DNA from: Candidatus Hydrogenedentota bacterium | GTDB lineage: Bacteria; Hydrogenedentota; Hydrogenedentia; Hydrogenedentales; SLHB01 | DNA: 64,000 bases | NCBI GenBank assembly: GCA_963668025.2 | Contig: CAXXTH010000008.1 | Span: 98,383 to 162,382, forward strand | Direction of reading: 5' to 3' | Shown: positions 50,075-60,310 of the stretch, piece by piece | Layout of the letters: the number at the start of each line of letters is the position of its first letter | Numbering within the stretch: position 1 is the first letter of the stretch | The notes under the pieces: model-generated | Databases searched by the model: none | Told to the model about the DNA's origin: nothing | The model's input: only the letters and a program-made list of their open reading frames with translations | Program-made: the position numbers and the translations under genes

Positions 50075-51388
50075 ATGTCGCGGGCGCTGGCGCTAGTCCG
50101 CCGGGACCGCGGCGTGGACTTTGAAGCAACGGAGAAACTCATCCGCACCGCCGCCCTGGAAGGCGCGGGAAAGACGCTGGCCGTCCTGTTCGACAAGGCA
50201 AACGCCATTGTCCAGGGCCAGGAGCATGCGTGCCCGCTGTGCGGCCATCCCATGCGCCGCGCGGGCATGCGGGCCAGGCGCATCACGACCATTCTGGGGA
50301 ACGTCACGCAGGAGCGCGCGATGTACCGCTGCCCATGCGGGGCCACCGCCTATCCAGCGGACGAACTGCTGGATGTCGCGGGCACTTCGCGTTCGCCCGG
50401 CGTCAGGCGAATGACGGCGCGCCTTGGCGCGCGGGAAAGCTTCGCGGACGCCGCCGGGGATCTAAAAGAACTGGCGGGCATCAGCGTGAGCGCCAAGGAC
50501 TGCGAGCGGTCCAGCGAGCAGACGGGAGCGGACGTGGCCGCGTGGGAAAAGCAGCGGCGCGGGCATCCGTCAAACCCCGCGCAGCCCAGCACCGGCGATG
50601 AGATTCCCGTCCTGTACATCGAAATGGACGGCACGGGGGTTCCCGTCGTCAAGTCCGAAACGGACGGGCGCAAGGGAAAGGCGCAAGACGGATCCGCCAA
50701 AACCCGTGAGGCCAAAATCGGATGCGTCTTCACACAAACCAGCACGGACGAGAAGGGGGAGCCGGTGCGCGACCCCGGCAGCACCACCTTTTCCGGCGCC
50801 GTGGAAAACGCCGAAGCCTTTGCAGGCCGCATCTTCGCCGAAGCCCAGCGCCGTGGACTGGAACGCGCGCAAAAGGTGGTGGTCCTTTCCGACGGCGCGC
50901 AATGGATAGCGAACATCGCCGCCGACTACTTCCCCGGGGCCGTTCACATCCTCGACCTGTATCACGCACTGGAACACCTGGCGCTGTTGTGCGCGCTGCT
51001 CTTTGGGAAGACCACTGAGCTGGGGATGCGGATGCGCCAAAGCCTCAGCGAACTCGTGCGGCAGGGAGAGGCCGCGCAGGCCCTGGAGCTACTGCGGCCA
51101 CACATGCCCAGCCACGACGATGACGGCAAGGCGGCCTGGGAACATTTTCTGTATCTGGGCAGCCGCGCCCACATGATGCGCTATGCCGAATTCCGGGAAC
51201 AAAAACTGTTCGTCGGCTCCGGCGTCATAGAGGCCGGCTGCAAAAATGTTGTAGGAAAACGGCTCAAGCAGTCCGGAATGAGATGGACGGTCAACGGTGC
51301 AAACAAGATCATTACGCTACGATGCGCCTTCTTGAACAGAGACTTCGAAGACTTCTGGGCCGACAGAGCTAGGAAAGATGCCGCATGA
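50075..51388 (+). CDS. ISKra4-family DDE transposase
   Basis: CPLCG Zn motif, [25 protein letters not shown] and [10 protein letters not shown]...RLKQSGMRW motifs. Confidence 0.92.
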   Translation: MSRALALVRRDRGVDFEATEKLIRTAALEGAGKTLAVLFDKANAIVQGQEHACPLCGHPMRRAGMRARRITTILGNVTQERAMYRCPCGATAYPADELLDVAGTSRSPGVRRMTARLGARESFADAAGDLKELAGISVSAKDCERSSEQTGADVAAWEKQRRGHPSNPAQPSTGDEIPVLYIEMDGTGVPVVKSETDGRKGKAQDGSAKTREAKIGCVFTQTSTDEKGEPVRDPGSTTFSGAVENAEAFAGRIFAEAQRRGLERAQKVVVLSDGAQWIANIAADYFPGAVHILDLYHALEHLALLCALLFGKTTELGMRMRQSLSELVRQGEAAQALELLRPHMPSHDDDGKAAWEHFLYLGSRAHMMRYAEFREQKLFVGSGVIEAGCKNVVGKRLKQSGMRWTVNGANKIITLRCAFLNRDFEDFWADRARKDAA

Positions 51389-51411
51389 AAGCACAATTGG
51401 GACGCACACCC

Positions 51412-52419
51412 GAGATGCAATATCCCAGCCAGATCGGGCATCTTCCTCGGAGATAAAGGGTTGTTCCGCCAAAATGCGCTTTCAGGAAGCGGAAATACCC
51501 GCAGTTCCAATATTGGAAAATGGTTTTCAAGCGGCCTCACGTTGCCGCAGAGCGCTGCAAAATTGTTCGCTAAGTTAAGCTTGGGCATTTCCAAGCGGCC
51601 ATCTACAAGCCAAGACGCAAGGCCGGGTACACTGTATGAGGCTGGCGTTCCAGCTAAGTGGGCGCTGTAGATTTCTTTGGAAGGTTCTAGCTTGATTTGT
51701 AGAGGCTTTATGGGCAAATCCCTCAAACTTTGCCTCATATGCCAATTATCGTTGCCTGAGCCATTGGCGTTTGAATGCATTCCTAATTGCAGTTGCATGC
51801 CCATGATAATGGGCGAAGCGGATGCTGGCTGGCCTTCTTCAGACTCAATGGAGAGGGCATTTCCCCAGAGGAGGGTGCGCAACGCGTCCGCCAAGGGATC
51901 GGTGTGCTCTTTTCCCAAATGCAGCTTGCGAATAGATGGCGGGCCTCCCAGAGAAGCGAGGCGTTTGCGGAGTTGCTCTTCCGCGGGAGGCGTTTGAGAG
52001 GCCAAGGGAAGCTCGCTAGGTTTGAGCTGTAACGATTGTTGAAGCTCCGCCGCCACGGATACCGTTTTGATGACCTGCGCTAAGTCCACGGGGATGGATT
52101 GGTCCTCATTTGCGGTGCGGATATGCTGTGCGCCATCTTCAACGGTAAAGCGCCCAATCCATTTACGCTCATCGTTCAGCGTGATGGTGAAATAGGCATC
52201 GCTGGCCACCCAAGCGGCTTCGTCAATCGGGATGATCATTAAGCCGGCGTAGGCGGTTCGAAATACGAGCGTGCCGTCGGCGATCTCGATAAGCGCGCCG
52301 GATAAGGTGTCTCCACCTTTCAAGGCAAGGGAGTCGGCCGTCGCCCATCCTGATGCGAATAGGATAGTGAATAGCGGGCCTATGACCCAGAGCCGATATT
52401 TTAACGTGATGTGTTTCAT
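51412..52419 (-). CDS. Exported hypothetical protein, interrupted by IS copy 1 four codons before its stop
   Basis: Signal peptide, then ADSLALKGGDTLSG...LVFRT. Removing the IS and one target copy restores ...GILHL-RRID-stop (TAG at 49590-49592). Confidence 0.65.
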
Positions 52420-52519
52420 AGATGCTCTGCCGCCATGGTAGAATCCTCCGAAGGTCTTTGCAAGCGCCAGATAAGGATTGCATAGGTGTTTGCATTGGGG
52501 CGTATGGGAGGACGCGAAT

Positions 52520-53728
52520 ATGCTGGAGACGGTGCTAAAAAATCCATGGGTGCGTGCGGCGGGGCTTCTGGCTGCGATTGTATTCTTGTGCATTTTGGCG
52601 TACTTCATGAGTTTCGTGCTCATACCGCTTTTCATGGCGTTTTTCGTCGCATATTTGTTTGATCCGGTCGTGGATTTCTTTGAGCGCCGCAAAGTGCCGC
52701 GCGGTGCGACCACGGCGGCGCTGGCCGTATGCGGCGTGGTGATGCTGTTAAGCGTTCCTATTATTCTGGCGCCCCGCGTATTGACGGAGGCGAATGCGCT
52801 CATGCAGAGCGCGACGGCGCAGCGCACCGAAACCGGGCAAGGCCGGCTGGCGCGTGTGGACGCATGGGTGAATTCACTGCCCTTGCGGCATCTGTGCGAG
52901 ATCATGGATTGGGGAGACCCTTCCTCGCCGAATTTCGATGCGCGCGCCGTCGCGGCGGAGAACGTGGGCCGCTATGTGAAAGAGAATGCGGAGCAATTTT
53001 TCAAAGCGAATACGGATGGTTTGCTTCAAGCCGGACGCAATGCCGGTTCGAGTCTCGCGCAGGTGGCTTCCAGCGTAGGCCGCGGGCTGGTGGGGACGAT
53101 TGTCTTCATTGGCAATTTCGCCCTATTTGCTTTTGTGGCCGGGTATCTGCTCAAGGATTTTGACGGGCTTATCGCCTCGATACGCGAATTGCTGCCCCGC
53201 GAATATGCGCCGCATGCCGACCGCATCATGGGGCAGATTGATGACCAGTTGCGGTGCTTTTTACGCGGGCAGGTGACGGTGGCGCTGTGCTTAGGCGCGA
53301 TGTATGCAACCGGCCTGCTCATCGCGGGAACGCCTTTCGCGTTGCTCATTGCGTTTTTTGGAGCCGTAGCTGGTTTTGTGCCCTACTTGGGCATTGCATT
53401 AACCGTACTGCCTTCTCTCGTGCTCACCCTGCTCAAATATCAAGGCATCGATTGGCATATCGGGGCTGTTGTGATGACGTTTGTGGTCGCCCAAGCCCTT
53501 GAGGGAAATGTATTGACGCCGCGTATCGTGGGGACGAAAGTGGGGCTTCATCCCGTGTGGGTGATTCTTGCGATTCTGGTATTCGGAAATGTATTTGGCT
53601 TTCTAGGCCTCTTACTTGCCGTGCCTAGCGCGGCGGTGCTTAAAGTATTGGTGGCGGAAGCGGTGGCATATTATAAACGCTCGGATTTCTTTCGCCATCA
53701 ACAAAAGCCCGGCGGCTCCTCCTCATAA
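52520..53728 (+). CDS. AI-2E family transporter
   Basis: AYLFDPVVD, FLRGQ, FVPYLG and EGNVLTPRIVGTKVGLHPVWV motifs. Confidence 0.93.
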   Translation: MLETVLKNPWVRAAGLLAAIVFLCILAYFMSFVLIPLFMAFFVAYLFDPVVDFFERRKVPRGATTAALAVCGVVMLLSVPIILAPRVLTEANALMQSATAQRTETGQGRLARVDAWVNSLPLRHLCEIMDWGDPSSPNFDARAVAAENVGRYVKENAEQFFKANTDGLLQAGRNAGSSLAQVASSVGRGLVGTIVFIGNFALFAFVAGYLLKDFDGLIASIRELLPREYAPHADRIMGQIDDQLRCFLRGQVTVALCLGAMYATGLLIAGTPFALLIAFFGAVAGFVPYLGIALTVLPSLVLTLLKYQGIDWHIGAVVMTFVVAQALEGNVLTPRIVGTKVGLHPVWVILAILVFGNVFGFLGLLLAVPSAAVLKVLVAEAVAYYKRSDFFRHQQKPGGSSS

Positions 53729-54587
53729 AGCGGTGTCAGCCGGTTCTGAGCGATGGTTTTCTTCTTCACTTTGAAGGGGTTCGGGCTGGGGGGCATGCCG
53801 CCCCCGCTTGCGAATCCGAAAATACACTTCATCCGCTACGCCAAAGAGCACATAGGCCGCCGCAGTGGGGAACAATACCAGCGCGGGCGATTTCTGAAAC
53901 GCATAATGCAGCACGGCAATAAGCACCGCCACCAGAAAGAGCCACGGGAAGGCATTGCGCGGTGTGAGCACCATGGCCTTCATTTTATCTTTTGGATAGC
54001 GCACCGTGCTTACCATGAGATACGCAAGCCCCAGCGTCAAAGGGCTTAGTATGCAAAACGCCACATGCCAGTCGAAGAAATGAGTGAAGAGTACGAATGA
54101 GGCGATTGTTCCGGCTGCGGCTGGTATGGGCAGCCCCGTAAAATACTCTCGAACGCCTGCTTGATAGACATTAAACCGAGCCAGGCGCAACGCACCGCAA
54201 ATCACGAAAATGATCGCCATGATAGCGCCATAATGGCCTACGGGCGAGCCTTCCGCCCGCTCTTCCGCCAAATAGGCGGTGTAAATCAATACGGCGGGCG
54301 CGGCGCCAAAGGAAACGAGGTCGCACAGGCTGTCAAGCTGCTTGCCGAATTCGGACGTGGTTTTAGTAAGCTTGGCCACGGTCCCATCCAGGATGTCAAA
54401 GACGATCGCGCCGAAAATGAGATAAGACGCTTTCACATATTGCTGGTCAATGGCGGCGAGAATGCTGGCCATGCCGCAATACAGCCCGGCGCATGTCAAC
54501 GCACTGGCGAGCACATTAATGGGCCGCCGCCGGGCGGAAAAAACGCCTTTTCCGGTTGCGCCGCTGTTTGAATGGTAATCTACGCAT
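53723..54587 (-). CDS. pssA: CDP-diacylglycerol-serine O-phosphatidyltransferase (apparent +1 frameshift near the 5' end)
   Basis: DILDGTVAK...GKQLDSLCDLVSFG motif. ATG 54587 overlaps the psd stop and is in frame if one base is removed from the A6 run at 54538-54543; GTG 54514 is the alternative start. Confidence 0.9.
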
Positions 54588-55239
54588 GTGTTGTAAAGCG
54601 CGCCACCACGGTGGCTCCCGCGCGCACCTTATCGTTTAACCGAACGCTCACCTCAGTTCCCGGGGGCAGATACAGCTCTGTCCTCGAACTGAATTTGATC
54701 ATACCAAATTTCTCGCCTTTTTGCAGCGTGTCGCCAGGTGCCAGCCGGCAGACGACGCGGCGCGCCACAAGCCCAGCGATCTGGCGGACAGTCACCGGTC
54801 CATGAGGCGTATCGAGCCATACGGCATTGGCTTCGTTGGTGTCGGTCGTTTCAGCGCCCATGGCGGCGCGGAAAGCGCCCGGTTTGTACCGGATGTCCCG
54901 CACCGTTCCCTCACAAGGGGCGCGGTTAATGTGGACATCGAACAGCGAGAGGAAAATCGAGATGCGCTTGCAGGGGCCATCGTAATGCGGGCTGCTATCC
55001 AGGTCTTCAATGCCCACGATTTTGCCGTCCGCTGGGGCGACGGCTTCATCCGGTGCGGCGTTTGTGCGGCGGGGCGGATCACGGAAAAAGCATAGGACGC
55101 CGCAGCCTGCGGTGAAGAAAAGCCAAGCAAGAATCTGAAGCATCGGCTGGCGCGCGGACAACGCGAAGAACAAGCCAACAGCCATCCATGGCAAATACAG
55201 GATGGCCCCTTCTTTCCATGCATTGAAACGCGGCCTCAC
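54580..55239 (-). CDS. psd: Phosphatidylserine decarboxylase proenzyme
   Basis: FFRDPPR, APADG, FDVHINRAP, QIAGLVARR and GMIKFSSR motifs. Confidence 0.95.
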   Translation of the reverse strand: MRPRFNAWKEGAILYLPWMAVGLFFALSARQPMLQILAWLFFTAGCGVLCFFRDPPRRTNAAPDEAVAPADGKIVGIEDLDSSPHYDGPCKRISIFLSLFDVHINRAPCEGTVRDIRYKPGAFRAAMGAETTDTNEANAVWLDTPHGPVTVRQIAGLVARRVVCRLAPGDTLQKGEKFGMIKFSSRTELYLPPGTEVSVRLNDKVRAGATVVARFTTHA

Positions 55240-55931
55240 AATTGCCCCCTCTCCGCCAGGCTGATGTAACGTCCATCGCCGAACACCACATGGTCGAGCA
55301 GCCGCAGGCCCAGAAGCTGGGCCGATTCCGCCAATCGCCGGGTGATGGCAGTGTCTTCCCGGCTGGGTTCTGGGTCGCCGCTCGGATGGTTATGGCATAC
55401 AATGACCGCGCTGGCGCCATCGCGGACGGCTTGCCGGAAGACATCCCGTGGCAGGGCGTCCGTCGAGTCAATACCGCCGCTTGATACATCCACGATTTTC
55501 ATGACTTCATTCTTGGTATTCAATAAAAGCGCCTTGAACTGTTCGGTTTCACAATCCTTGAAGCGCACCATCAAGAGGGCCGACACGTCTTCCGCGGATG
55601 AAATGCGCGGCTTTCGGGCTTCGGTGTGCAACGCCAGGCGTTTGCCCAATTCCAAGGCCGCCTTGATCTCGATGGCTTTGACGGCTCCTAATCCTTTGAC
55701 TTGCTGTAATTCATCCAGCGATACCCGCGCCAAGCCGCGCAGGCCGCCGAAATGGTGGATTACCCGTTCGGCTAGCGCCACCGCTCCCACTTCACGCGTG
55801 CCCGTGCGCAACAGCACGGCGATCAATTCCGCATCGCGCAATGCTTCCGGGCCAAGGCGGCTCAACCGCTCCCGTGGCCGTTCCTCGGGTGGCAGCTCGC
55901 GTACGGCGGTTGGATATATGGGTGCGGCCAT
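55236..55931 (-). CDS. radC: RadC family (JAB domain) protein
   Basis: PRERL, ELIAVLLRTG, HNHPSGDPEPSRED and LLDHVV motifs. Confidence 0.95.
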   Translation of the reverse strand: MAAPIYPTAVRELPPEERPRERLSRLGPEALRDAELIAVLLRTGTREVGAVALAERVIHHFGGLRGLARVSLDELQQVKGLGAVKAIEIKAALELGKRLALHTEARKPRISSAEDVSALLMVRFKDCETEQFKALLLNTKNEVMKIVDVSSGGIDSTDALPRDVFRQAVRDGASAVIVCHNHPSGDPEPSREDTAITRRLAESAQLLGLRLLDHVVFGDGRYISLAERGQL

Positions 55932-55956
55932 ACGGAACACCCCTCTTGCTCAACGG

Positions 55957-56860
55957 TCAGGCCTGTTCGCCGTCCGTTTTCTTTATAGTGGAACTCAGTT
56001 CACCCGGTTTCCGCGCGATGGCGATCCGGGGTATGCCGGCCAGATCGGGCTTAAAATCCACATCCACGTACCCGTTCTCCTTCAAGAGAGCGAGCACAGC
56101 CTCATATTGCCCCATTCCGATCTCTAACGCAAGCAATCCGCCTGGCTCAAGAAACGGCATCGCCTTTTGGACCAACTGGCGGATGATGTCAAGGCCGTCG
56201 GCGCCCGCTAAAAGGGCTTTGGGATCTTCATGCAAACGGATGACGGGAGGCAATTGAGGCCACTCATTTTCTTCCACATAAGGCGGATTCGAGCAGATGG
56301 CCGTAAATTGCTCTTTCGCACGGATAGGCTCGAACAAGGAGCCTTGCCGGAATTCAATGCGTTTTTTCCACCATCTGGTATTCCGCATTATGCCGCGCCA
56401 AACTGAGCGCTTGCGGATTGATATCCGTGGCGACTACGTGCGCATCGGGGGCATGGGCGGCCAACGCCACAGCGACACATCCCGAGCCCGTGCCAATTTC
56501 GAGTATGCGGCTGCCGGGATGGGTTTCCACGACCTCAAGCACCGCCTCGACCAGATGCTCCGTCTCCGGACGCGGGACGAGTATGGGCGCGCGGCATTTC
56601 AGCGTCATGGAAAAAAACTCCCATTCGCCTAAAATGTACGCGATAGGTTCATACGCCAAGCGCCGCTCCATCAAGGCGTCGAATTGGGGCGAGTTTGGCG
56701 TCTCTCCCAGCCGGGCGAAAAGCTGCGCGCGCGTCCAGCCCAAGGCGTGGGCCATAAGGATTTCCGCATCGAGCCGGGGCGTCTCCCCCACGCTGGCCAA
56801 TGCAGTGGCGGCGGCGTTTAGGCGTTCTCCAACGGTTGAAGGCTTTTGGGGGGCTTTCAC
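55957..56860 (-). CDS. prmC: Release factor glutamine methyltransferase (apparent +1 frameshift)
   Basis: EPIAYILG, LVPRPETE and EIGTGSG in one frame; SNPPY and GADGLD in another. Joined by removing one T from the T6 run at 56362-56367. Confidence 0.92.
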
Positions 56861-57940
56861 TACTCCGCTTGGGCGAGTTTCGCCGCCCTGTCGGCCGCGA
56901 TCAGTGCGTCGATGATCTCCCCGAGTTCGCCTTCGAGGATCTGTTCGAGCCGATGAATGGTCAGGTTGATCCGGTGGTCCGTTACGCGGCTCTGCGGGAA
57001 GTTGTACGTTCGGATTCTTTCGCTGCGATCCCCGCTGCCCACTTGGTTTTTCCGATTTGCGGACCGCTGCGCCTCTTCCTCCTCCTGTTTGCTGGCCAGC
57101 AGCCGGGCTCGGAGGACGGACAGGGCTTTTGCCTTGTTCTTGTGTTGTGATTTTTCGTCTTGGCATGTCACGATGAGTCCCGTGGGCAGATGGGTGACGC
57201 GCACGGCGGAGTCTGTCGTGTTAACACTCTGGCCGCCCGGGCCAGAGGAGCGGCAGACATCAATGCGCAGTTCGCTGGGGTCAATTTGTATATCCACTTC
57301 ATCGGCTTCCGGCAGCACCGCCACCGTTACCGCCGACGTGTGGATGCGCCCCTGGGCTTCCGTCTCGGGAACGCGCTGCACACGATGGACGCCCCCCCTC
57401 GAATTTCAACTGGCTATAGACATAGTCGCCCACGATGCGGAACGAAATCTCTTTATAACCGCCGATTCCCGTGGGATTGGAGCCCATGACTTCGACTTTC
57501 CAGCCTTTGAGTTCCGCGAAACGGCCATACATGCGGTAGAGGTCGGCAGCGAATAAAGCCGCCTCATCGCCGCCCGTGCCGGCGCGAATTTCCATGATGG
57601 TGTTTTTGGCGTCGAAGGGGTCATTGGGCAGCAAAAGCACCTTGAGGCGCTGTTCCTGCTCCTCCATGGCCTCCTCAAGGTCATGCTTATCCTGTTCCGC
57701 CAATTCGCGCAGCTCGCCATCGCTTTCTTCACGAAGCATGGCTTCCGCCTCTTCGAGGCGCTGTTCGCTTTGTTGATACTCCCGAAAACAGCTCACAATA
57801 TCGGCGATTTGGGCTTGCGCCTTCGCCAGCTTGCGGTACTGCTCCGGATCAGAAGCGACTTCCTGCTTCGACATTTCGGCGGTCATACGGCCAAACTCCT
57901 CCGCGATGCGGAGGAGTTTCTCATACATGACCTTTTCCAT
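56860..57940 (-). CDS. prfA: Peptide chain release factor 1 (apparent +1 frameshift)
   Basis: [27 protein letters not shown] and RIRTYNFPQ motifs. [12 protein letters not shown] is restored by removing one base from the C7 run at 57392-57398. Confidence 0.95.
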
Positions 57941-57949
57941 AAATCAGGC

Positions 57950-58156
57950 TTAGCTGCTCTTGCGGCCGTATTTACGGTTGAAGCGGTCGACGCGGCCTTC
58001 ACTATCGATGAGCTTCTGCTTGCCCGTAAAGAAGGGATGGCAAGACGAGCAGATTTCCACATTGATGGCGGGCTTCGTCGAGCGGGTCTCGAAGTGATTG
58101 CCACAGGCGCACGTGACCTTCGCATTCACATACTTCGGGTGAATATCCTTTTTCAC
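57950..58156 (-). CDS. rpmE: 50S ribosomal protein L31 (Zn-binding type)
   Basis: MKKDIHPKY...CACG...[15 protein letters not shown]; GTG start with AGGAG RBS. Confidence 0.96.
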   Translation of the reverse strand: MKKDIHPKYVNAKVTCACGNHFETRSTKPAINVEICSSCHPFFTGKQKLIDSEGRVDRFNRKYGRKSS

Positions 58157-58230
58157 ACCAATTCTCCTAACTCTTGGGCGGCGCCAAAGGCGCATTTCGC
58201 CGGTTTTTTCCACTACAAGCGCGAAAAGAG

Positions 58231-58260
58231 ATGGTAGCACAAGCCGCCTCCCGCACGCAA
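58231..58260 (-). promoter_or_regulatory. Predicted promoter of the rpmE-prfA-prmC operon
   Basis: TTGCGT-18 bp-TACCAT with a TG extension; -35 lies 16 bp from the IS left end. Confidence 0.5.
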
Positions 58261-58363
58261 ATAGGCGATTCATTTTGGGTGTGCGCCATGATTGTGTTTC
58301 GTTGCGTCCAGATGTTTTTTGCGGTATAATTTTGTGTCTGTATAGACACAAATGGAGGCCGCC

Positions 58364-58714
58364 ATGAACATTGAGACGATTGAAGCGCAACGGGAATGTA
58401 TTTTGGGGCAGATGCGCGCCATTCGAAGCGCCCACCCGGGCGGCGTGTCGGAGCAAATGGTCAAGGGCACACGCAAGGACATGCCGGAGGCCGTGGAACG
58501 GGGACCTTATTACTCCCTGCAGTGGTACGAGCAGGGAAAGCCCCGGCGGCAGCGGCTGCGAAGTCCCGAGGACGTGCGGCGCGCCCGTGAACAGACGGAC
58601 AACAGCAAGCGTATTCACGAACTCGCCGAACGCTTTTGCGAGCTGACACAACAGCTCGGAGAGCTTGAGCGCGACAAGGAGGCCGCCCACGAGCGGCAAA
58701 AAAAAGGGCTCTAG
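58364..58714 (+). CDS. IS accessory ORF (DUF6788-like), copy 2
   Basis: Identical translation to 49701-50051. Confidence 0.75.
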   Translation: MNIETIEAQRECILGQMRAIRSAHPGGVSEQMVKGTRKDMPEAVERGPYYSLQWYEQGKPRRQRLRSPEDVRRAREQTDNSKRIHELAERFCELTQQLGELERDKEAAHERQKKGL

Positions 58715-58737
58715 TCGAACTGGAAAGGTCCGCGGAA

Positions 58738-60051
58738 ATGTCGCGGGCGCTGGCGCTAGTCCGCCGGGACCGCGGCGTGGACTTTGAAGCAACGGAGAAA
58801 CTCATCCGCACCGCCGCCCTGGAAGGCGCGGGAAAGACGCTGGCCGTCCTGTTCGACAAGGCAAACGCCATTGTCCAGGGCCAGGAGCATGCGTGCCCGC
58901 TGTGCGGCCATCCCATGCGCCGCGCGGGCATGCGGGCCAGGCGCATCACGACCATTCTGGGGAACGTCACGCAGGAGCGCGCGATGTACCGCTGCCCATG
59001 CGGGGCCACCGCCTATCCAGCGGACGAACTGCTGGATGTCGCGGGCACTTCGCGTTCGCCCGGCGTCAGGCGAATGACGGCGCGCCTTGGCGCGCGGGAA
59101 AGCTTCGCGGACGCCGCCGGGGATCTAAAAGAACTGGCGGGCATCAGCGTGAGCGCCAAGGACTGCGAGCGGTCCAGCGAGCAGACGGGAGCGGACGTGG
59201 CCGCGTGGGAAAAGCAGCGGCGCGGGCATCCGTCAAACCCCGCGCAGCCCAGCACCGGCGATGAGATTCCCGTCCTGTACATCGAAATGGACGGCACGGG
59301 GGTTCCCGTCGTCAAGTCCGAAACGGACGGGCGCAAGGGAAAGGCGCAAGACGGATCCGCCAAAACCCGTGAGGCCAAAATCGGATGCGTCTTCACACAA
59401 ACCAGCACGGACGAGAAGGGGGAGCCGGTGCGCGACCCCGGCAGCACCACCTTTTCCGGCGCCGTGGAAAACGCCGAAGCCTTTGCAGGCCGCATCTTCG
59501 CCGAAGCCCAGCGCCGTGGACTGGAACGCGCGCAAAAGGTGGTGGTCCTTTCCGACGGCGCGCAATGGATAGCGAACATCGCCGCCGACTACTTCCCCGG
59601 GGCCGTTCACATCCTCGACCTGTATCACGCACTGGAACACCTGGCGCTGTTGTGCGCGCTGCTCTTTGGGAAGACCACTGAGCTGGGGATGCGGATGCGC
59701 CAAAGCCTCAGCGAACTCGTGCGGCAGGGAGAGGCCGCGCAGGCCCTGGAGCTACTGCGGCCACACATGCCCAGCCACGACGATGACGGCAAGGCGGCCT
59801 GGGAACATTTTCTGTATCTGGGCAGCCGCGCCCACATGATGCGCTATGCCGAATTCCGGGAACAAAAACTGTTCGTCGGCTCCGGCGTCATAGAGGCCGG
59901 CTGCAAAAATGTTGTAGGAAAACGGCTCAAGCAGTCCGGAATGAGATGGACGGTCAACGGTGCAAACAAGATCATTACGCTACGATGCGCCTTCTTGAAC
60001 AGAGACTTCGAAGACTTCTGGGCCGACAGAGCTAGGAAAGATGCCGCATGA
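58738..60051 (+). CDS. ISKra4-family DDE transposase, copy 2
   Basis: Identical translation to 50075-51388. Confidence 0.92.
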   Translation: MSRALALVRRDRGVDFEATEKLIRTAALEGAGKTLAVLFDKANAIVQGQEHACPLCGHPMRRAGMRARRITTILGNVTQERAMYRCPCGATAYPADELLDVAGTSRSPGVRRMTARLGARESFADAAGDLKELAGISVSAKDCERSSEQTGADVAAWEKQRRGHPSNPAQPSTGDEIPVLYIEMDGTGVPVVKSETDGRKGKAQDGSAKTREAKIGCVFTQTSTDEKGEPVRDPGSTTFSGAVENAEAFAGRIFAEAQRRGLERAQKVVVLSDGAQWIANIAADYFPGAVHILDLYHALEHLALLCALLFGKTTELGMRMRQSLSELVRQGEAAQALELLRPHMPSHDDDGKAAWEHFLYLGSRAHMMRYAEFREQKLFVGSGVIEAGCKNVVGKRLKQSGMRWTVNGANKIITLRCAFLNRDFEDFWADRARKDAA

Positions 60052-60084
60052 AAGCACAATTGGGACGCACACCCATTCATTTTT

Positions 60085-60190
60085 CACCACAACGGCACGA
60101 AGACACAAGGAACCGGAAGCAATTCCTTGTGCCTTGGTGTCTTTGTGTTGCAAAAATCACAACACCTTTCTGCTGCTGCCATCGCGCATT
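60085..60190. repeat. Long palindrome P1 (60085-60150) plus remnant of a GxxExxY 3' end
   Basis: CACAACGGCACGAAGACACAAGGAA-CCGGAAGCAA-TTCCTTGTGCCTTGGTGTCTTTGTG. The minus strand of 60157-60189 encodes MRDGSSRKVL*, versus MRDGISRKVL* in the full copies. Confidence 0.85.
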
Positions 60191-60310
60191 ACCCGAGGGA
60201 GCGTCGTTTTCGCTTTTTTCGGATAAACAGGTTTGCCGGGTTGGTTTGTGGGACCAGCGCCCTCGCCGGTCATTCATCACCACTTGGCCAAAATGTTACG
60301 AACAGTGTCC

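Larger units (their letters stand above)
49614..51411 (+). mobile_element. ISKra4-like (prokaryotic Mutator-like) insertion sequence, copy 1, 1,798 bp
   Basis: Imperfect terminal IRs GGGTGTGCGCCATGATTGTGTTTC / GAAAGCACAATTGGGACGCACACCC. 9-bp target duplication GAGATGCAA (49605-49613, 51412-51420). Confidence 0.93.
58277..60074 (+). mobile_element. ISKra4-like insertion sequence, copy 2, 1,798 bp
   Basis: Same IRs and identical ORF translations as copy 1. 9-bp target duplication ATTCATTTT (58268-58276, 60075-60083). Confidence 0.93.

Noticed and set aside
51181-52905. 574-aa ORF as a single gene
   Set aside because: Its N-terminal part is antisense to the AI-2E gene and its C-terminal part is IS read-through; the plausible start is ATG 52419.
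57392-57398. Programmed frameshift in the release factor gene (as in prfB)
   Set aside because: The protein is RF1 (PET motif), the site lacks the CTT-TGA signal, and neighbouring genes show the same homopolymer extra bases.
57950-58792. 280-aa ORF fusing IS sequence to L31
   Set aside because: Chance open frame through the antisense IS end; rpmE has its own GTG start and RBS at 58156.
49614-60074. Composite transposon formed by the two IS copies around rpmE-prfA-prmC-radC-psd-pssA
   Set aside because: Each IS has its own distinct 9-bp target duplication, showing independent insertions; the enclosed genes are core genes.
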